DNA of 20,000 bases from an uncultured virus (IMG/VR IMGVR_UViG_3300031760_006602) (lineage: Duplodnaviria; Heunggongvirae; Uroviricota; Caudoviricetes): IMG/VR virus record IMGVR_UViG_3300031760_006602; one strand, written 5' to 3'. Below the pieces are notes generated by a model, which searched no databases, was not told the DNA's origin, and saw nothing but the letters and a program-made list of their open reading frames with translations. Positions 15,832 through 20,000 of the stretch are shown here, piece by piece; the stretch's first letter is position 1, and each line of letters starts with the position of its first letter. A program made the translations under genes and the position numbers.

Positions 15832-16107
15832 GTGATGGTAATGCTGGATACAAGTAAAGTGCATGAGGTAAATGGAGAACAGTTAATATTGTCAGACTTT
15901 TTGGGGGTATCGGTTCCTAATACAGAAAAACAAAAGTTTAAATGGGAATTAATTGAAAAAGAAAAGTCAACAGGTAAAGAAGAGTTTTTAATGGGTTTTA
16001 GTTCACGTAGTACGGCAGAGTACATGTTAAATAGAAGGGTTGTTTTGAGAACTATTTTTAGTGGTAAGGATAAGTACGATATTTTTATCAGAGAGTGTAA
16101 ACCATGA
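15832..16107 (+). CDS. hypothetical protein
   Basis: 91-aa ORF. Confidence 0.65.
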   Translation: MMVMLDTSKVHEVNGEQLILSDFLGVSVPNTEKQKFKWELIEKEKSTGKEEFLMGFSSRSTAEYMLNRRVVLRTIFSGKDKYDIFIRECKP

Positions 16108-16298
16108 ATGAACATAAAGTAGTAAGAATGTATTTTGATGGTATTCAAAAGTATTGTGCAAAACATTCACCTTGTGATAGTGGTAAGTGTGTTTTCTATG
16201 ATACATTAAGTGAAAAATGCTTAATCAACTACCCTTTTGGTGGGGAACAGATGAAAATGCCGAAAATAGATTATAATTTAAAACGTATGCAGGGGTGA
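16104..16298 (+). CDS. small Cys-rich protein (YCxxH..C...CxF..C family)
   Basis: KYCAKHSPCDSGKCVFYD...C; ATGA overlap. Confidence 0.7.
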   Translation: MNEHKVVRMYFDGIQKYCAKHSPCDSGKCVFYDTLSEKCLINYPFGGEQMKMPKIDYNLKRMQG

Positions 16299-16495
16299 TT
16301 AGTATGTTTATTATTTTACACGATTCACCAGATGGTGACGAAGTTTTAATCAATGTCAAAAATATTCAAGCCGTAAATAAAAACAAAATTTATTTAACGT
16401 TTGGGGACTATACTGTAATGGAGTCCTATGAGGAAATTAAACAGAAGATTAAAGATTCTGCAAGGTATAGTACTATGGGTGCAAATATGTGTTAA
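16295..16495 (+). CDS. small FlbD-like protein
   Basis: FIILH...EVLINVKNIQAV...IYL....YTVMESYEEIKQKI resembles the FlbD-family pattern (N...I..I...V.ES.EE...KI). Confidence 0.55.
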   Translation: MISMFIILHDSPDGDEVLINVKNIQAVNKNKIYLTFGDYTVMESYEEIKQKIKDSARYSTMGANMC

Positions 16496-16508
16496 AGGGG
16501 AAACAAGC

Positions 16509-16760
16509 ATGATAATGTATAACACTACTACTGAAATTAATTTTGAAGATGTTTTAACTGCCTTAAAAGATAATCAAGATAAACTAACAGACTATCAGAA
16601 AATAAGGTTTTTAATGGCATTGGATAGATATAAGAGAAGTAGAGATGAGATACTGGATGTTTTTAATATGATGGTAAAAACTTGGAGTGAGGAGGAACAA
16701 GAAAAGTATGAATGCGTTGGATGTGAGAGAGGAATCTGTAAAAATAGAAAATATAAATGA
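16509..16760 (+). CDS. hypothetical protein
   Basis: ORF track 16428-16760; ATG 16509 follows AAGGGG RBS. Confidence 0.65.
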   Translation: MIMYNTTTEINFEDVLTALKDNQDKLTDYQKIRFLMALDRYKRSRDEILDVFNMMVKTWSEEEQEKYECVGCERGICKNRKYK

Positions 16761-17088
16761 TGTAGTAAACGAGTTATACAGGGTAAAAGAAGTTTTATAT
16801 ACTGCCAGTAATATAAAACTGTCCTCATCACAAAAAGTAAATGATAAGTTCAATAACATGAAAGAAGAGATAGACGATTTTATAAAAGAAATTTTGTCAG
16901 AAGAAGCATTAAACAGTAAACCTAAAGTAACCTGTAAAGATTGTAAATACAGTGTAATAGAAGTTGGTAAAACAAAGAAAATTAGAAGATGTGGGTTGTT
17001 TCAAGCAATTAGCTGTACCGTAGGTGGGGGTATTTATGTAAAAGACTGGAGTTTTTGTAGCTGGGGTGAGCCTGCCAATGAAGAATAG
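16708..17088 (+). CDS. hypothetical protein with C-terminal CKDCKY...FCS.GE module
   Basis: ORF track 16687-17088; ATG 16708 follows GGAGG. Confidence 0.7.
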   Translation: MNALDVREESVKIENINDVVNELYRVKEVLYTASNIKLSSSQKVNDKFNNMKEEIDDFIKEILSEEALNSKPKVTCKDCKYSVIEVGKTKKIRRCGLFQAISCTVGGGIYVKDWSFCSWGEPANEE

Positions 17089-17314
17089 AAACCTAATATT
17101 TGAAATTGCAAAGATGTTACAGACAAGGTTATATGAGGGATTTTATATTTGTTATAATGGAATTGTATTAAATGATATTTACCGTATTACAGAAGATGGG
17201 TTACAAATGTATATAAGTAATTCTGATGGTGATAAGTGGGTATCTTGTGAAAGTAATATGTTAGAAAAGATTTTAATTGGTGAAGCATATATTTACGGGT
17301 ATGTTAAATATTAG
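17078..17314 (+). CDS. hypothetical phage protein (NLI.EIAKML family; like the N-terminal domain of 2699/5610)
   Basis: ORF track 17066-17314; ATG 17078 follows GGGGTG. Confidence 0.7.
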   Translation: MKNRNLIFEIAKMLQTRLYEGFYICYNGIVLNDIYRITEDGLQMYISNSDGDKWVSCESNMLEKILIGEAYIYGYVKY

Positions 17315-17346
17315 TGTTATACGTACGTGTTTAGGGGTGGTTAATT

Positions 17347-17646
17347 ATGGAAAATAAAGGTTTTAATGGTACAAAGTCAGAACATGATAAAGTGAGAAAA
17401 GCCTTTATTATATTACATAAATACTGTATAAGTAGGGAAACTGATTGTAGTGATTGTTGTTTCTTTATACCTAAAAAATATGGTTGTAAGTGTATAGCAG
17501 AGGATTTTGGGGAAGATTATATTGTAAAAGATGAAAAAGAAGTTTTTAATAATCTGAAAGACAGATGTAAAAAGTTAAATAAGAAAATGAGACAAGTAAA
17601 AATACATAAAACTGTGTATAAAGCTGTTGATACTGTGGATAAGTAA
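17347..17646 (+). CDS. Cys-rich protein, paralog of 1216-1437
   Basis: KAF..L..YC.....C..C.F......C shared with the 1216 ORF. Confidence 0.75.
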   Translation: MENKGFNGTKSEHDKVRKAFIILHKYCISRETDCSDCCFFIPKKYGCKCIAEDFGEDYIVKDEKEVFNNLKDRCKKLNKKMRQVKIHKTVYKAVDTVDK

Positions 17647-17655
17647 GGAAAGTAT

Positions 17656-17865
17656 ATGACAAACGCAAAACCTTATAGAGACTTTATGTTATTCAATAAA
17701 AGAAAAGCAAGAAAATCTTATACTTGCAAATTATGTAAGAAAACAATTCAAACTAAAGAAACCTATTATCGTTCTTATGGAAAAGACGAAGATGGTTATT
17801 TTTATGATGATATTTATTGTGAGACTTGTGGTGGAATATATGAAGTAAATCATGTAGACATTTAG
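17656..17865 (+). CDS. small zinc-ribbon protein (KARK...CxxC...I...E.Y...CxxC)
   Basis: Two CxxC pairs in a common phage motif. Confidence 0.75.
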   Translation: MTNAKPYRDFMLFNKRKARKSYTCKLCKKTIQTKETYYRSYGKDEDGYFYDDIYCETCGGIYEVNHVDI

Positions 17866-17877
17866 TATTGTGGGTAA

Positions 17878-18069
17878 GTGAAGATGTTTGAGAATGGGGA
17901 TTTAGAAAATTCTTTAAATAGTTTTCTTGGTAAAGTAAAACAAATGGAAGATGAAATGTTACAGTTAAGGTCAACGAATATTATGTTAAGTTTTGAGATT
18001 TCTAATCTTAAAGAAGAAAATGAAATGCTAAAACAAAGATTAGAGATGGAGTCTTTTAGAAATGTATGA
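17878..18069 (+). CDS. small coiled-coil protein
   Basis: 63 aa, heptad-like Leu spacing. Confidence 0.65.
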   Translation: MKMFENGDLENSLNSFLGKVKQMEDEMLQLRSTNIMLSFEISNLKEENEMLKQRLEMESFRNV

Positions 18070-18346
18070 AAAAATAAAAAGAAAATATCCTTATAGAGTA
18101 AAACAGGTTTTACAAAGTGTAGAACAGAAATTGCATAGAAAACTTAATGGAAGGGATAAGTTATTATTACAGTTACATTATTTAAAGGATGGGGAAAATA
18201 TTATTTTATGTGAAGTTGATAGTCATGATAATTTGGTAGAACAAGATTTAAAAAACAATAAAACAGGGGAAGAAGTTACAAAAGAGGTATTAGAAAAACT
18301 GAAAGAAATTTTCAAAGATTATGTTTTTAAAGACTCTGAGGGGTAA
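18062..18346 (+). CDS. hypothetical protein
   Basis: 94 aa, GGAG RBS. Confidence 0.7.
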   Translation: MYEKIKRKYPYRVKQVLQSVEQKLHRKLNGRDKLLLQLHYLKDGENIILCEVDSHDNLVEQDLKNNKTGEEVTKEVLEKLKEIFKDYVFKDSEG

Positions 18347-18351
18347 GTGGT

Positions 18352-18990
18352 ATGGAAGGTACGATTACTGAAAAACAGTTTAGAGAAACTTATTTAAAAG
18401 ATTATGAATATGTAGCTGTAGATACTAAAAAGCTATTTAATCGTAGTTATTTTGATGGAGAGGATTTACCTGAAAATTATGAAATAGTGGTCACTGTTTT
18501 TAGGTGCCAGGATAAAGAAAAACATTATTGGAATGTATTGTTAATCGAAATTAAAAAAGATGGTCAACCTTATATGTCTTTTGGAAGAGATTATTCTGAT
18601 ATAGACGAAGACCAAATAAAGTATGTAAAACAGCGTGGGGACGATGGTGTATTAAGGGAATTTTTAATCACGACTTCACAATACATGCATACAACCATTA
18701 TTAATCTAACAGATAAAACAATGAAGTCATATGCAATAGGGGACGCTGAAAAGGGTTATGCCTTTTGTCCTATCAAGTTTGATTTCTTTAGTTATGATTT
18801 AGATGGAAGGGATAGAAATGAGTTAAGAATTTATGGCTGTTACTGGGCAGCACCTTATGGGACTCATACGATAAAAGATATAGATTTTACAAAAGATTTA
18901 ACGGAAAAGTTTAATAATACAGAGTATGAGTGGGAAGATTGTGATGAGTATGAAGATGTAGAGGTTGAAGAAATTGGAGAGGGGGAATAG
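18352..18990 (+). CDS. hypothetical acidic protein
   Basis: 212 aa; GCYWAAPY motif near the C-terminus, acidic tail. Confidence 0.8.
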   Translation: MEGTITEKQFRETYLKDYEYVAVDTKKLFNRSYFDGEDLPENYEIVVTVFRCQDKEKHYWNVLLIEIKKDGQPYMSFGRDYSDIDEDQIKYVKQRGDDGVLREFLITTSQYMHTTIINLTDKTMKSYAIGDAEKGYAFCPIKFDFFSYDLDGRDRNELRIYGCYWAAPYGTHTIKDIDFTKDLTEKFNNTEYEWEDCDEYEDVEVEEIGEGE

Positions 18991-18992
18991 AA

Positions 18993-19319
18993 ATGGTTTT
19001 ATGTCAAAGATGCAAGGGTAGGGGAATGATTTCTATGGGTGAAGGTGCTAAGGGGATTGTAAGATGTCCTGTATGTATGGGTAAGGGAAAATTAGATATA
19101 GAACCAAAGAATTACGCCGAGCTGATTCGTAGTATGGACGATAATGATTTGGCACAATTCCTTACAAAGTTGTGTGTGGTATACCGTAATGTAGAAGGTA
19201 TTGAGAATGTAGGGGACGCAGCTGTAGAAGCAATGTCAAAAGAGGTTTATGATTATATTATTGTTTCAAGTAAGTTGAAAGATTGGTTAAAGTCTGAAAT
19301 AAAATCAACTATTGAATAG
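18993..19319 (+). CDS. DnaJ-type zinc finger (CxxCxGxG x2) fused to a N...IRSM....LA.FL module
   Basis: CQRCKGRG...CPVCMGKG then NYAELIRSMDDNDLAQFL...WL. Confidence 0.8.
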   Translation: MVLCQRCKGRGMISMGEGAKGIVRCPVCMGKGKLDIEPKNYAELIRSMDDNDLAQFLTKLCVVYRNVEGIENVGDAAVEAMSKEVYDYIIVSSKLKDWLKSEIKSTIE

Positions 19320-19548
19320 AAAGAGGTATTCTATGTTAAGTTATAAAGAGACTTTTGCCGTTGTATTACTAATTTTTGTAGGTTTTTGTTATTATTTGTA
19401 TGTACAGTGGAAGTGGATTCATGTAAATAAGAAAAAGTTAAAAGAGATTGAAAGATTGTACAGAGAGCAAAAACAGTATACCCAAGAAATGAAACAAATG
19501 TTAGAAGAAGAGCTTGGGATGAATAAAGGGGAATTAGATTTACATTAA
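19312..19548 (+). CDS. small membrane-anchored coiled-coil protein
   Basis: Hydrophobic FAVVLLIFVGFCYYLYV segment; start may be ATG 19333. Confidence 0.7.
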   Translation: MNRKRYSMLSYKETFAVVLLIFVGFCYYLYVQWKWIHVNKKKLKEIERLYREQKQYTQEMKQMLEEELGMNKGELDLH

Positions 19549-19572
19549 GTTGTCAGTGTAGAGAAGGTTATT

Positions 19573-20000
19573 ATGAAAGATAATAAGTTAGTAAATAATA
19601 AAGAACCATATTTTAAAAACCTTGTAAGGTTTGGTGATTTGTGGTTAGATTATGTTTTGTTTGGGTTTGAACAAGAACCTTTATTGTTTATTTGTAGAGA
19701 TGCAGAAAATAAGTTATATTTCTGTCATTGTTATCAAATGATTTATGTTCAGAAATGGTATATTACACCTATTAGTTTATATCGTTTAATGGATTTAATA
19801 GAGAAAAAACAAGACGTTTATTCTGTTTTCTTGTTTGCCGATACTATCATAAGGGTAGAGTTAGAGCCTGGTGGGGAAGAAACCAGTGTGGTAACAAATT
19901 TTGATGATGAAGAAAAAGTATTAGATATGATAAAGAAAGACGTATTCTTGGAAACAGATGTAAAATGTGCCATGATGTATGTTGATTATATTAAAAGTAA
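19573..20000 (+). CDS. hypothetical protein (possibly DUF6575-like), 3' truncated
   Basis: Open from ATG 19573 to the window end: MKDNKLVNNKEPYFKNLVRFGDLWLDYVLFGFEQEPLLFICRDAENKLYFCHC...W.ITPIS; family assignment from memory only. Confidence 0.7.
   Translation, partial: MKDNKLVNNKEPYFKNLVRFGDLWLDYVLFGFEQEPLLFICRDAENKLYFCHCYQMIYVQKWYITPISLYRLMDLIEKKQDVYSVFLFADTIIRVELEPGGEETSVVTNFDDEEKVLDMIKKDVFLETDVKCAMMYVDYIKS

Overview
AT-rich segment that looks like the accessory/early region of a large phage of a low-GC Gram-positive (Bacillota-type) host. It has about 60 tightly packed, mostly short, all plus-strand genes with GGAGG/GGGG-type RBSs and sigma-A-like promoters, and no structural genes. Recognisable products are the C-terminus of an Rnl2-family RNA ligase (<1-224), an HExxH putative metallopeptidase, an XRE-family HTH regulator, a Lar-like protein, several Cys-rich/zinc-finger proteins and several small paralogous families. 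The standout element is a non-coding array of about 25 units with a 36-bp period (210-~955 and 1067-~1200). Each unit is repeat A (GATWGTAACA) + ~8 variable nt + repeat B (roughly GAWTGAAWCA) + ~8 variable nt. This is the dual-repeat, dual-spacer architecture of TIGR guide-RNA arrays. The array starts inside the last codons of the RNA ligase gene, shows a 72-bp higher-order alternation, has an internal promoter, and has no recognisable Tas (Nop-domain) gene in this window. All family assignments are by eye from remembered motifs; no searches were run.
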